Assembly: GCA_964536205.1 (NCBI GenBank)
Contig: CAZHVT010000001.1
Span: forward strand, 5,944-69,943
Origin: an uncultured Gammaproteobacteria bacterium
Lineage (GTDB): Bacteria; Patescibacteriota; Patescibacteriia; Magasanikbacterales; GCA-002688135
Length of the DNA: 64,000 nt
Direction of reading: 5' to 3'
Shown one piece after another: positions 29,459 to 39,075 of the stretch. Position numbers and translations under genes: made by a program. The notes beneath the pieces are model-generated. The model saw nothing but the letters and a program-made list of their open reading frames with translations, searched no databases and was not told the origin of the DNA. Each line of letters opens with the position of its first letter. Position 1 is the first letter of the stretch.

Positions 29459-30106
29459 CTAGAAATTTGCGACTGTTGAAAATGTGACTGTGTGTGCATA
29501 TGATCCGGGTTCTGTATTGTCTGATATTGCTGCTTTGAAATATACGGTCGTTTCGTCTGATGTTACCGCACTACTTGAGCTAATGATTGATAGCAATGCT
29601 GAAGTTATTCCGATATCACGTGTGTTATATAGTCCAGATGTTCCGTCAGTTTGAAAACCATATTCTTCCGTTCCTGCAGTTACAACGAAATCTGAAACAT
29701 CATCAATATCATAATCTCCACTTCTTAAGTTTCCGTCTTCACTCATTTTTACCGAGTAACCTGACATTGCATCTGTTGTAACGGTTATTAATAATCGAGC
29801 CTGCTCTATAGAAGAATCTGAAAGCTGACCGAGATCAAGCGAGCCTGTCGATAATGATGCGGTTAAAACTCCGTCCTGAAGTGCTCCGATCAGTCCGTCG
29901 ATAACTTGATAATTTGTACTGGTTGCTGTCTCGCCGCCAAACTCCCCTATTGTGTCTTTGAGTGTATAATTTGTTGATGTTGAAAGACCTCCAGATCCGA
30001 ATGAATCGAGCTGAATATGATAATTTGTTGAGGACATTGTTTCCGCCCACACAGCATATGGCATGAGCACTAACACGATTATTATTGCGGCGATTTTAGA
30101 TTTCAT
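29459..30106 (-). CDS. secreted protein with repeated STNY-x(n)-G motifs
   Basis: Signal peptide MKSKIAAIIIVLVLMPYAVWA; three STNY repeats. Confidence 0.45.
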   Translation of the reverse strand: MKSKIAAIIIVLVLMPYAVWAETMSSTNYHIQLDSFGSGGLSTSTNYTLKDTIGEFGGETATSTNYQVIDGLIGALQDGVLTASLSTGSLDLGQLSDSSIEQARLLITVTTDAMSGYSVKMSEDGNLRSGDYDIDDVSDFVVTAGTEEYGFQTDGTSGLYNTRDIGITSALLSIISSSSAVTSDETTVYFKAAISDNTEPGSYAHTVTFSTVANF

Positions 30107-30116
30107 ATCGACTGAA

Positions 30117-30899
30117 TTATAGCACGAAATTTGCGCGTGGATCTGATTGGGATGAATCCCATAAAACGTTCCATAATGACTTGAGTTGGCCGACCACCAT
30201 CATGTCCGTCATATATGTTATATGATATTTTCCTGCTTTTCGGTAGAGATAAATTACCGTGGATCCGAGGATGATGCTGTTTGTTGGGAATAATTCTGGT
30301 CCGGACCATTTTCTTACGTGGAGTGGGGGCTGATGAACTGTTACGTCATGTTGATTTATTTCTTTTGAAAACGAGAGGATGTGGATTGGTACATCTATGT
30401 TGTGTGTGAATGCGAGGTCTTGGAGTATTTCCAGAAATGGGATTGTTGTTCTTTTGTCAGCGTATGCCCAGCCTTTGAGAGATGCAAGTGAATCGATTTT
30501 TACGAGAGAATCGAATTTTTCTGATATGTGCGAGACTGCTAGTTCGAGTGATTCGAATTGGTGTCGGGCTGCATATTCATAATCATCTTCAGCTTGAAGC
30601 TGCTCGATTACTCTTTGGGTGGCTTTTTTCTTTTCTTTTACTTGGGCTGCTTCTTTTTGGATTATGGATTCGAGGACATGTGGCGACTGTGGTGTGAATG
30701 ATGTTCCGGCCGTATTTGTCATTATTGAAATGAGTCCTTTTTTGGACAGTTCTTTAGTGGCGCTGTATACGGTGGTTCGATTTATCCCTGTTGCTGATGA
30801 TATGTCTTTTGGAGATGCTGTACCTGAATCGAGCAGCCATACGTATATGGCTGCTTCTGTTTTTGTGAGTCCTACTGTTACTAGGTCTTGTTCCAACAT
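30117..30899 (-). CDS. TrmB-family transcriptional regulator
   Basis: N-terminal winged-HTH LTKTEAAIYVWLLDSGTASPKDISSATGINRTTVYSATKELSKKGLI typical of TrmB; ATG start chosen 2 nt from the operator palindrome. Confidence 0.65.
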   Translation of the reverse strand: MLEQDLVTVGLTKTEAAIYVWLLDSGTASPKDISSATGINRTTVYSATKELSKKGLISIMTNTAGTSFTPQSPHVLESIIQKEAAQVKEKKKATQRVIEQLQAEDDYEYAARHQFESLELAVSHISEKFDSLVKIDSLASLKGWAYADKRTTIPFLEILQDLAFTHNIDVPIHILSFSKEINQHDVTVHQPPLHVRKWSGPELFPTNSIILGSTVIYLYRKAGKYHITYMTDMMVVGQLKSLWNVLWDSSQSDPRANFVL

Positions 30900-30900
30900 G

Positions 30901-31006
30901 TGTTGAAGGTACTTCAACAGGTATTTAAAGCTAAATTTAGTATAACAAAGTGTGAAATAAAGTCAAATTGTTGAAGGTACTTCAACACGAATTACTCTAA
31001 ATTTAG
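30901..31006. promoter_or_regulatory. Duplicated composite operator: TGTTGAA-N5-TTCAACA (30901-30919, 30969-30987), each followed after about 10 bp by the perfect palindrome CTAAATTTAG (30931-30940, 30997-31006)
   Basis: Inverted and direct repeats read directly; located at and upstream of the TrmB-like gene start. Confidence 0.55.
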
Positions 31007-31177
31007 CGGTGTAGTTTCTATAATACATCTATCTGAGGCGCTTCTTGTTGGATCTCTTCCAACACAAAAACTCCTGGATTGCCGTCTATTTTTTGAGATT
31101 ATGGCAATAAAAAAATCCGATATATTATCGGATATAACTTACATATGTTTACAGTGCGTTCCGCGTGAAACACCACA

Positions 31178-31741
31178 CTATCCAACTAAAAATCTATGAA
31201 TTCTGTTTACTATTAACCCGTAATCAATATCTGCTGGAATACCAGTGTTAACCTCAATCACGTCACCATTAATAGCAAGAGACTGCAGTTCCTTATTACT
31301 AAATAACTTGGATATTTCCTGCATATTCAGCTCATCTCGATGTCCTTTATGACGATCACCGCTCGTAGCTCTGGACGCAAACCTACTTCGCAGTACTCCA
31401 GCACTGGCAGTACAAACAACCTGAATGGCTCTGCATCTACTATCCTCTATGATCTGTCCCACTTTGGGAGAATCGATTTCAGGCTTGAAATTACTCTCCA
31501 CTATCGCAATGGCTCCTGACCTCATCAATTCCCTAAGAACTGTGTACATCATGAGATAGCTTGCGGCTCCAATCTTCCTTGACCACTCCCTATCTCCAAT
31601 TCCCATTGTATCGAATAGCCCCTCTTTTATATCATCCCTGCTAATGAGAGGCAGGTCCAAAGTCGTCGCCAAGTATCGTGCCAGAGTCGTCTTGCCACTT
31701 GCCGGCAAACCCCCAACGATGATTAATGCTCCTGTATTCAT
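31178..31741 (-). CDS. P-loop NTPase / small-molecule kinase-like protein (AAA_33-type)
   Basis: Walker A GGLPASGKTTLARYLA near the N-terminus; 187 aa. Confidence 0.6.
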   Translation of the reverse strand: MNTGALIIVGGLPASGKTTLARYLATTLDLPLISRDDIKEGLFDTMGIGDREWSRKIGAASYLMMYTVLRELMRSGAIAIVESNFKPEIDSPKVGQIIEDSRCRAIQVVCTASAGVLRSRFASRATSGDRHKGHRDELNMQEISKLFSNKELQSLAINGDVIEVNTGIPADIDYGLIVNRIHRFLVG

Positions 31742-31763
31742 GCATCCTCCGTCAGCACTATCC

Positions 31764-31836
31764 TGTCCCCAAGAGGAGTCGAACCTCTATCTCCACCTTA
31801 GGAGGGTGGCATTCTATCCGGTTGAATTATGGGGAC
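31764..31836 (-). tRNA. tRNA-Arg (anticodon CCT)
   Basis: Reverse complement GTCCCCATAATTCAACCGGATAGAATGCCACCCTCCTAAGGTGGAGATAGAGGTTCGACTCCTCTTGGGGACA; anticodon loop CTCCTAA. Confidence 0.85.
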
Positions 31837-31920
31837 TTATTTGTTGAATTTGAGTTTACTCTGCTTTTTCCTCGTTTTGTGAGCTCAATGTTCTTTTTTT
31901 CTCATTCCTGTACATGATTT

Positions 31921-31951
31921 GTGGATATTCTGTGGATAGCGTGGATAAGTG
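31921..31951. promoter_or_regulatory. Three tandem DnaA-box-like motifs TGTGGATAT, TGTGGATAG, GTGGATAAG
   Basis: Direct reading; in the AT-rich region between tRNA-Arg and rmuC. Confidence 0.45.
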
Positions 31952-32168
31952 TTTCACGCGTAACTCTTTTTGCCACTTTGTTTAATATTCCAGAGCCAAT
32001 TTCTAAACTTGTTTTTTAACAGGGGATTGGTCATCACTTCTGCGTAAGTTCTTGTGTTTGTGAAACATAGCATGAAACACTATGTGCTATTTATTTTAAA
32101 TTAGTAAAATAATATTTTCTGTTTCGTACACATCTCAAGAAACGAGGTCTGTGTTATAATAGTGCCCT

Positions 32169-33146
32169 ATGAATACTCTATCAATTATCTTTGCTGCTGT
32201 CAGCGTGGTCGCTATTGGTCTTCTTTTATATATGCTCCGCGAAATCCGCGCACTTCATCATTCTCAAATGGCTGATAAATCATCTGAATTGCTTAATCAA
32301 AACGTACAGAATATGCATCAACGTTTAGATGCTGCGACAAAAATCCTTAATGAACGTCTTGATGCTTCACATAAAACCATGCTAACTAGTCATGAGTCAA
32401 TGTCTAAGGTTATGGGAACTGTTGGACAAGAATTGGGAACTGTAAAGGAAATCGGCCACAAACTCTCCAAGTTTCAGGAATTTCTCAACTCACCAAAACT
32501 TCGAGGAAATTTGGGAGAGCATATTTTGTATGATTCTCTTGCAAAAATCCTTCCAAAAGACAGTTTTACTCGGCAACATACATTCAAAACAGGAGCATGC
32601 GTAGACGCGCTTATTATAACAGATAAAGGCCATATTCCTATTGATTCGAAGTTTCCCATGGAGGATTTTCAAGCTCTAGCGAAATGTGAAGATGAGGAAG
32701 AGTTGGCGCGATTGCAATCTGCATTTAATCGAAGTACAAAAAAACATGTTGATGCAATCAGCAATAAGTATATTTTGCCGGCAGAGGGGACTGTTGATTT
32801 CGCATTGATGTATGTTCCTGCAGAGCAAGTTTATTATGAAATGGTGAGTGGAGATCACCAAATCTCTACATATGCCCAACAAAAGAAGGTGATTATGGTT
32901 TCACCAAACACATTCTTCCATTTCCTTCGCGTGGTTTTGATGGGACTTGAGAGATCCAAAGTAAATGATGAAGCGGAGAAAGTTTGGAAACTACTCACCT
33001 CACTCCAGCATGATTTCACCAAATTCGGTAAGCAAATCGACATCTTACAGAAGCATATATCACACGCAAGTTCCGCTGTTGAAGGCGTATCATCCGATTA
33101 CACGAAGATTGGCCTGAAGTTTGACAATATCAAGCAATTAGATTAG
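32169..33146 (+). CDS. rmuC: DNA recombination protein RmuC
   Basis: N-terminal TM helix, long coiled coil, conserved LRGNLGE and C-terminal RmuC domain. Confidence 0.8.
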   Translation: MNTLSIIFAAVSVVAIGLLLYMLREIRALHHSQMADKSSELLNQNVQNMHQRLDAATKILNERLDASHKTMLTSHESMSKVMGTVGQELGTVKEIGHKLSKFQEFLNSPKLRGNLGEHILYDSLAKILPKDSFTRQHTFKTGACVDALIITDKGHIPIDSKFPMEDFQALAKCEDEEELARLQSAFNRSTKKHVDAISNKYILPAEGTVDFALMYVPAEQVYYEMVSGDHQISTYAQQKKVIMVSPNTFFHFLRVVLMGLERSKVNDEAEKVWKLLTSLQHDFTKFGKQIDILQKHISHASSAVEGVSSDYTKIGLKFDNIKQLD

Positions 33147-33213
33147 AATATCTCCGATTTGTAGTTTCGCACACATGTTTTGTGTCTCATTCGGTGAGCG
33201 AAGCGAAATCCCG

Positions 33214-33241
33214 CGTTACGCTTTACTCGTTACGCTTTACT
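33214..33241 (+). repeat. Tandem 14-mer CGTTACGCTTTACT x2 immediately upstream of rpsT
   Basis: Direct repeat; shares the TTACGCTTTAC core with the palindrome at 1961-2090. Confidence 0.5.
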
Positions 33242-33249
33242 CATAAATT

Positions 33250-33528
33250 ATGGCAAATACATCAGAAAGAAAGAGCGCTGGCTTAAAAGCCGTCCGCTCA
33301 GATAAAAAACGTGCTGCACGCAACGCCGCTCAAAAAGGCGCAATTGAAGTGCAAGAACGCATGATGAAAAAAGCAATCGTTGCAAAAGATTCAGAAGCAA
33401 TCAAAAAAATTCAACTCGGATTACAGAAACTCTACGACAAGGCAACAAAGAACAACATCATGCATAGCAAAACTGCCGATCGTAAAAAATCTCGATTAGC
33501 AAAACGTGTTGCAACTGCAACAAAATAG
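33250..33528 (+). CDS. rpsT: 30S ribosomal protein S20
   Basis: 92 aa, very basic, MANTSERKSAGLKAVRSDKKRAARNAAQK matches the S20 N-terminus. Confidence 0.85.
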   Translation: MANTSERKSAGLKAVRSDKKRAARNAAQKGAIEVQERMMKKAIVAKDSEAIKKIQLGLQKLYDKATKNNIMHSKTADRKKSRLAKRVATATK

Positions 33529-33614
33529 TCTCAATGAATCGCCGCTTGGCGATTTTTTGTTTGATCTTGACCATAATGAGTCTTATACTTTGTATCTAAC
33601 TATCAAATTTTTTT

Positions 33615-34439
33615 ATGAAAATCGGAGCACATGTTTCTATTGCAGGGGGGATTGATAATGCGCCTGGACGCGCTGCTGAGTTAGGTTGTGAGGTTTTTCA
33701 GATTTTTTCTCGTTCACCACAGGGTGGTCCTGCGCCAAAATTGACTTCTGAATTGGTTGATAATTTTTTGAATGAATGTGAGAAATACAAAATATCGGAA
33801 TGGGTCGTGCATACGCCGTATTATATTAATTTGGCGAATGCGAAAGAGGCGACACGGAAAAATTCCGCGCGGATTATTCGTGAGGAATTAGAGCGGGCGA
33901 GTGTGATTGGTGCGGCGTATGTTATGACGCATATTGGAAGTTCTCGTGAAGTTGGTCCTGAAGAAGGCTTGAAGTTATGCGTTGAGGGTGTGAAAAGGAT
34001 TATGGATGGATATGATGGATCTGCGAAATTTTTAATTGAGATTGCTGCTGGTTCTGGTCATGTGATTGGCGGAACATTTGAGGAAATAGCTGAAATCATC
34101 AAAAAATCTAAAGCTGATGTAGAGGTTTGTTTTGATACCCAACATGCATTTGGCGCAGGATATGATTTATCGACAAAAGCTGGCGTGAAAAAAACTCTCG
34201 ATCATTTTGATGCAACTGTTGGATTAGATAAGCTCAAAATTTCACATTGTAATGACTCAAAAGTAGAACTTGGGTCGCAGAAAGATCGTCATGAACATAT
34301 CGGTGAAGGATTTATTGGAACAAAAGGTTTTGAAGCTTGGTTTGCCGACAAACGCACAAAAAACATCAATTTATACCTTGAAACAAAACACGACGCAGTT
34401 GATACAGACATTAAACTTTTAAAGAAGCTGCGGGGTTGA
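33615..34439 (+). CDS. nfo: endonuclease IV (AP endonuclease, Nfo)
   Basis: MKIGAHVSIAGG start, TIM-barrel metal-ligand motifs (HTPYYINLA, HCNDSK, HEHIGEG). Confidence 0.9.
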   Translation: MKIGAHVSIAGGIDNAPGRAAELGCEVFQIFSRSPQGGPAPKLTSELVDNFLNECEKYKISEWVVHTPYYINLANAKEATRKNSARIIREELERASVIGAAYVMTHIGSSREVGPEEGLKLCVEGVKRIMDGYDGSAKFLIEIAAGSGHVIGGTFEEIAEIIKKSKADVEVCFDTQHAFGAGYDLSTKAGVKKTLDHFDATVGLDKLKISHCNDSKVELGSQKDRHEHIGEGFIGTKGFEAWFADKRTKNINLYLETKHDAVDTDIKLLKKLRG

Positions 34440-34791
34440 CAAAGTCGTGAAATCCTGCTATACTTTTTTTGATTCGTTGGACTTTGTCCAGTCGAAGGAG
34501 TTGATTGCTGGGCTCATTACCCAGCAATACAACTCAGCACCCTGAGTGGAAGTTGGCCCGGGTAGCGTATATGCTGCAGCAGTCCAATCTCGTAAGGAGA
34601 TTGTGGGGCATACGTGCCCTTAAGCGGACTACCTCGTCCAGACTTCATCTAGCTTTGTGTGTGCCACAAAAGATTCTGCTGCGAGCGCCTGTTATCTATA
34701 TGATGACGGGCGTTTTTCTTTTTGAGTTACTCATTGACATTTCAAAAAATTTATTCTAGTATTGCTGCAGATCATTTGAAAAGGATGGAAA

Positions 34792-35184
34792 ATGAGCATT
34801 AGACTGAAGATTAAAACACCCCGACAGACCTTTGAGCGAATTCTCAATATGGTGAGGGGGCATTCAAAGGTGTATACGAGAAACGAAGAACTTCTCATCA
34901 TTTCATGTGGAGAGTTGAGCGGAGAGATTCTTGCGCGAGTCATCGCTCTTGGTGGGACGGTAAATCAAGAAAAGCCGTCTGATCTGGAAGACCCCGACAA
35001 ATTCATTCACTTTGAAATTGATGGCGTTCAATATGGTGCCGACCGCACACAATTTCTTGAGACTGGGTGTGTGCTTTTGCCCGGGGGGATGGTCATACGT
35101 ATTAATACTTGGAATGAGACTGCGCCTCCGACACCACGAACGTGGTCTGTTGTTCAAATGGCCAAAGCCTACCTTCTTCCATAG
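34792..35184 (+). CDS. hypothetical protein
   Basis: RBS AAGGATGG upstream; 130 aa. Confidence 0.45.
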   Translation: MSIRLKIKTPRQTFERILNMVRGHSKVYTRNEELLIISCGELSGEILARVIALGGTVNQEKPSDLEDPDKFIHFEIDGVQYGADRTQFLETGCVLLPGGMVIRINTWNETAPPTPRTWSVVQMAKAYLLP

Positions 35185-35198
35185 ACTAGGGACATCGC

Positions 35199-35471
35199 AT
35201 GTACGAACATTACCATGCCGTGATGATGCGATCTGTTCGAGATAAGTGGAAGGAATCTACTTTTCTTGACTGGGTTGCACGAAATTTAAATATGGATCGT
35301 TCGACGATTTCACTTCAGACAACAGTTCCAACAGAAGATGCAATAGAATCGGTTATCAGTTATCTCGTGTGGCATCATTGCTCTCTTGATAAAGGCCTGC
35401 TTCCAAAAGATCGACTCCCAACATTAGAAGAAATTCGATCGATTTTTTCTCACACATCTGGTGGTGATTAA
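35199..35471 (+). CDS. hypothetical protein
   Basis: 90-aa ORF followed by hairpin tcccgTACCGcggga + T6 at 35486-35506. Confidence 0.4.
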   Translation: MYEHYHAVMMRSVRDKWKESTFLDWVARNLNMDRSTISLQTTVPTEDAIESVISYLVWHHCSLDKGLLPKDRLPTLEEIRSIFSHTSGGD

Positions 35472-35510
35472 TAACCACTCATACATCCCGTACCGCGGGA
35501 TTTTTTAATT

Positions 35511-35535
35511 AAAAAATCCTCAACCGTAGTTGAGG
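35511..35535 (-). terminator. Terminator hairpin cctcaaccGTAGttgagg + T-run on the minus strand (repeat-type terminator, second copy at 38620-38644)
   Basis: Same 18-bp hairpin sequence occurs twice, each directly after a paralog gene. Confidence 0.55.
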
Positions 35536-35539
35536 AACT

Positions 35540-36247
35540 TTAACGAAAGAAAAGTTCTTGTGGATGAACATCTACAGTCGGTAGATTCCACCACCAATGC
35601 AGAAGCGGCTTCCATCGCGAAGCGCTGGGTGCGAAATACACGGAGTTATCTTGACTTGGAATCGCAGGAAATGCACCCCCGATGAAGTATGAAAAATGCT
35701 CATCCATTCCGAATTCATCAATCAAAGAAACATCGGTGTTGTTCTTGCGGGCAATGCAGAATATACAGTATAACCACGTGCATGTTACGCTACGTTTGTG
35801 AGTTATCTTTGCCCATAATTTGCAGTTTGTTGAATCGCACTCTTGGCATCGATAATTTTCCGGGATTGGCTTTTCAGGAAGTACCTCTAATTCTGACAAT
35901 CCTTCCCACAATCCTACATGAGCGGAGGTGAGACAGCTCTTACGTACCCACGAATCAGCAATGCACAGTCTTCCGCCCGTGAAGTACATGCATTTCACTG
36001 CGCGCGTGTATCCACGATCTTCACATATTTTCTCATTTTCTTGCGTTGTCGTGCTCTTGGTGACTATCTGCCTTGTTCCCACAATACACTCAGTGCATGC
36101 GTACTGCGTGTATCTCATCGGCAGTGACAATGATGATGGTCGGCCTATATAACCCGAAGCTTCCTTCCACCACAATCTACATTTACGAGCGCCACATGTC
36201 TGACAACTGTGTCCCATCATTGATTCCAATAGTACTATATCTGACAT
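35540..36247 (-). CDS. Cys-rich HPQELFF-tail family protein A (two zinc-ribbon-like modules)
   Basis: CQTCGARKCRLW...CTEC and CQECDSTNCKLW...CIFC; FPAIP; HWWWNLP; ends HPQELFFR. Confidence 0.7.
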   Translation of the reverse strand: MSDIVLLESMMGHSCQTCGARKCRLWWKEASGYIGRPSSLSLPMRYTQYACTECIVGTRQIVTKSTTTQENEKICEDRGYTRAVKCMYFTGGRLCIADSWVRKSCLTSAHVGLWEGLSELEVLPEKPIPENYRCQECDSTNCKLWAKITHKRSVTCTWLYCIFCIARKNNTDVSLIDEFGMDEHFSYFIGGAFPAIPSQDNSVYFAPSASRWKPLLHWWWNLPTVDVHPQELFFR

Positions 36248-36255
36248 GTTCCCCC

Positions 36256-36615
36256 CTATTGAAAGAATTTTTCTTGCGGATGGATTTCTTCAGGAGCGTC
36301 CTTCGTGGGTATGTTCAGATGAGCAAATGCTTTCGCGAGCTGTACTGGCAGCTCCCACTCCTCATCCTCTTCTTCATTCCATGGATGTACGAAGGTAAAC
36401 CTACAACTATGCATTTTTGCAGCAGAATTAAGCTTTTTACCCAAGAGGCACTTATGATCTGCTGTTATGTATGGACAAGTTATTGGTTTTACAACTGTGC
36501 TTGCATCACCGTGCTTCTCAATCCGAACATACAAATTTACAGGTTTCACTAGAATCGCAGCTCCATTAGCCCCAACTCCAACACAATCAACACGAATATC
36601 AAGTGTGTCTTCCAT
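36256..36615 (-). CDS. divergent HPQEKFF-tail family protein (lacks canonical zinc ribbon)
   Basis: Ends ...NIPTKDAPEEIHPQEKFFQ; start placed at MEDTLD directly after the upstream gene stop, with GGAGGAAAC RBS. Confidence 0.55.
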   Translation of the reverse strand: MEDTLDIRVDCVGVGANGAAILVKPVNLYVRIEKHGDASTVVKPITCPYITADHKCLLGKKLNSAAKMHSCRFTFVHPWNEEEDEEWELPVQLAKAFAHLNIPTKDAPEEIHPQEKFFQ

Positions 36616-36623
36616 GTTTCCTC

Positions 36624-37305
36624 CTACTGAAAGAATAGTTCTTGTGGATGGATGCGTTGCGTTTGGAGGTTGCGCCACCATATAACGCGATCCTCTGGCG
36701 CGGCGGTGAATTTCCAGTAGCCTGTGCCTTCTAAGTTTGGCACTGCAGGCATATACGAACCAATCCAATCTGTTTTGACGTTTTCGCGAGCAAAGAGAGG
36801 ATTTACTATTTTCCCCTGATCATCAATTTTATTTACATCGATTCCAACATCTTTTGCCACACATTCTGCACAAAATGTCGATGTGCCGTTTTGCTTTCGC
36901 CACAACTTACAGTCATCTGCAGCACATTCGATACACCAATAATTTTTTGGTGTACCAATTGAGGATGTATCAATGTTCGGTCGTGCTTTTGTTTCCAGTG
37001 CACACCACCATTTCACGGCGTCGTCTGGAGCCCCTGCATATTCCCAGTAAGCCGAATTGTCAGGAAGCGGAATAGCGGCATAATACCACCCAATCCGATC
37101 ATTTTTGAGACCGTCGTCATCTGTAAACACTCCCGAATCATCCATGTCGCTGATGTTTTTTTCTTCTCTTCGAGAAGCACATGGTGCGCACACAAGACCG
37201 TATGACGGTACTGAGAAGTTTCTGAACAATTTACAGTTTGTGGAATTGCACTCGCGACAATAGTAATCAGCAGGAATCTCGTTTGTACTATAATCCAACA
37301 TCATC
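36624..37305 (-). CDS. Cys-rich HPQELFF-tail family protein B/C (two modules)
   Basis: CRECNSTNCKLF...CAPC and CIECAADDCKLW...CAEC; AAIP/PAVP; WWCALE/WWRNLQ; ends IHPQELFFQ; AGGAGG RBS before ATGATG. Confidence 0.7.
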
Positions 37306-37312
37306 GTACCTC

Positions 37313-38029
37313 CTATTGAAAGAATAATTCTTGTGGATGTGATGACTCTACAGGGAGTCGCTTCCACCAATCGAGCATTTCTTTGGTGATTTGTTCATTC
37401 CGCGCAGTGCCATGATTGGACGTCGCTTGTGCAGATGGGATTGCTGGATCCCATCTCGACTCAGGCAGATATGGTTTTATGTATGGAATATCCACCCCTC
37501 TTGGATTTTCTTCAACATCCTCATGAGTCAGCAGCTTCACCTTCATTATGCATGCCTTGCAAGATAATTCAAGATTATCGCTTTCCCAAAGTTGCATTCC
37601 TGTCTGCTCGCACTCCAAGCATCTATACCATTCGGGAACCTCACTCGCTGTGTAATCGAATACATTTTCGTCTGCATCTTCTTCAGGCTCGATGATGCCT
37701 AGTTTCTGTAGCACTGGGATAATCTCTCCGGGTGGTTTCCAGCCGGGGTTTTGTTTTTTCGAATATAGATAGTCAAAAGACAATCGACAATAAACCCCCT
37801 TTCTCTCTGGATCACATGTTTGACTCATGACGAAACATCGTGAACCAGATTCCTCACGACCAAACATGCACTCTTCCACTCTGACACGTACGTCAGATTC
37901 TTTGCTCAGCTTTAGAATCCCTATACGTACACTAACCCCCGCCCCCTCTAAGACAGGCTGGCCTTCGAAATCATAGCCCTCACATACCACTCTGGTTATT
38001 ACATCAATTCTTCCTGTGTCCTTAGTCAT
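37313..38029 (-). CDS. Cys-rich HPQELFF-tail family protein D
   Basis: CLECEQTGMQLW...CKAC; DPAIP; DWWKRLP; ends SHPQELFFQ; own TTGACA-N17-TACATT promoter. Confidence 0.7.
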   Translation of the reverse strand: MTKDTGRIDVITRVVCEGYDFEGQPVLEGAGVSVRIGILKLSKESDVRVRVEECMFGREESGSRCFVMSQTCDPERKGVYCRLSFDYLYSKKQNPGWKPPGEIIPVLQKLGIIEPEEDADENVFDYTASEVPEWYRCLECEQTGMQLWESDNLELSCKACIMKVKLLTHEDVEENPRGVDIPYIKPYLPESRWDPAIPSAQATSNHGTARNEQITKEMLDWWKRLPVESSHPQELFFQ

Positions 38030-38127
38030 AGCCGTCTTCTCCTTTTGTCAAAGAGCCTTTGAAATGTACGTTATTTTTTGTGGTTTGTCAATAGTTTAGA
38101 GAAAATAAAACCCCACTTACCGCGGGG

Positions 38128-38487
38128 CTATCTGAAGAATTTTTCTTGTGGATGCATGGGGTGTGTTGGGATATTCCTCCACCATAAACTCTCTTGCGCG
38201 CTGTTTGGTGTGTCTGTATACCATCCTCCGTCCTTGTTCCGTCTCGGGATTGCGGGGATGAACCAGCCTATGTGATTTGTTCTACCGGGGTGTTCTCGAT
38301 AGTGCGGATCAGAAATTGTTCCATCATCGTCTATTTCTTCGGTTGTTATTTTGACCCTTCTGGCGACGCATGCAACACAGTATGTGGTGTCTATCCTTTC
38401 TGTTTTCCATAACTTGCATTGAGATGCACCACACAAACTACACATGTAAGAGTCGGGTATATTCTGTGAGCTGTAGTCAAACGACAT
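38128..38487 (-). CDS. Cys-rich HPQEKFF-tail family protein E
   Basis: CSLCGASQCKLW...CVAC; IPAIP; LWWRNIP; ends MHPQEKFFR; own TTGACA-N17-TACATT promoter and terminator ccccgcggtaagtgggg. Confidence 0.7.
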   Translation of the reverse strand: MSFDYSSQNIPDSYMCSLCGASQCKLWKTERIDTTYCVACVARRVKITTEEIDDDGTISDPHYREHPGRTNHIGWFIPAIPRRNKDGGWYTDTPNSAQESLWWRNIPTHPMHPQEKFFR

Positions 38488-38619
38488 GCGCACCCCCATC
38501 TGAATAATTCTTTTTGTGGCCGGATCTCTTTTTTGGTTCTTGTTTTAATTGGAGGCCATCTCCCTATATTCCAAAGAGTTATTGTAATGTACGGTGCTGT
38601 GATGTACTTGTCAATAATT

Positions 38620-38644
38620 AAAAACCTCAACCGCAGTTGAGGAA
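38620..38644 (-). terminator. Terminator hairpin cctcaaccGCAGttgagg + T-run on the minus strand
   Basis: Near-identical copy of the hairpin at 35518-35535. Confidence 0.55.
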
Positions 38645-38675
38645 TTTTATTGAATTAATGCTCCTTGTGAATGTT

Positions 38676-39008
38676 TTAGGGTACATTCGGCAAGCTCATC
38701 CACCATTGTGCTTGTGATTTTGTGTGGTGTCCTGTTGCCACATATTTCTCGTGTGAATCTAGTATGGCTGGGTAGTAGGCTCCGAGATTCCAGATTCTAC
38801 ACTCTGTATGATTCAGAGTGCATATACGTGTCCCATCTTCCCCTATATCCCTCAGACTTATCCCGAAATAATTAGTCAGACACACAATGCATTGCAACCC
38901 CTTGAAGCTTGGGTTCTTCCACAACTTACATTGTTTTGCGCCACATACTGCACACAGATAAAAGTCGGGTATCGACCTTGGTGTATCTTCTTGTAATGCG
39001 TCGTCCAT
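38676..39008 (-). CDS. Cys-rich family protein F (tail-less: ends WWMSLPNVP)
   Basis: CAVCGAKQCKLW...CIVC; YYPAIL; WWMSLP; promoter TTGACA-N17-TATTAT and GGGGGG RBS upstream. Confidence 0.65.
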   Translation of the reverse strand: MDDALQEDTPRSIPDFYLCAVCGAKQCKLWKNPSFKGLQCIVCLTNYFGISLRDIGEDGTRICTLNHTECRIWNLGAYYPAILDSHEKYVATGHHTKSQAQWWMSLPNVP

Positions 39009-39075
39009 TTTGACCCCCCGCATGTATTAATAAAAGAACAGCACATAATATCAAATATACTTGAATATGTCAACC

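Noticed and set aside
31644-31847. 67-aa ORF on the plus strand
   Set aside because: It overlaps tRNA-Arg(CCT) and the end of the P-loop ATPase gene antisense, so it is spurious.
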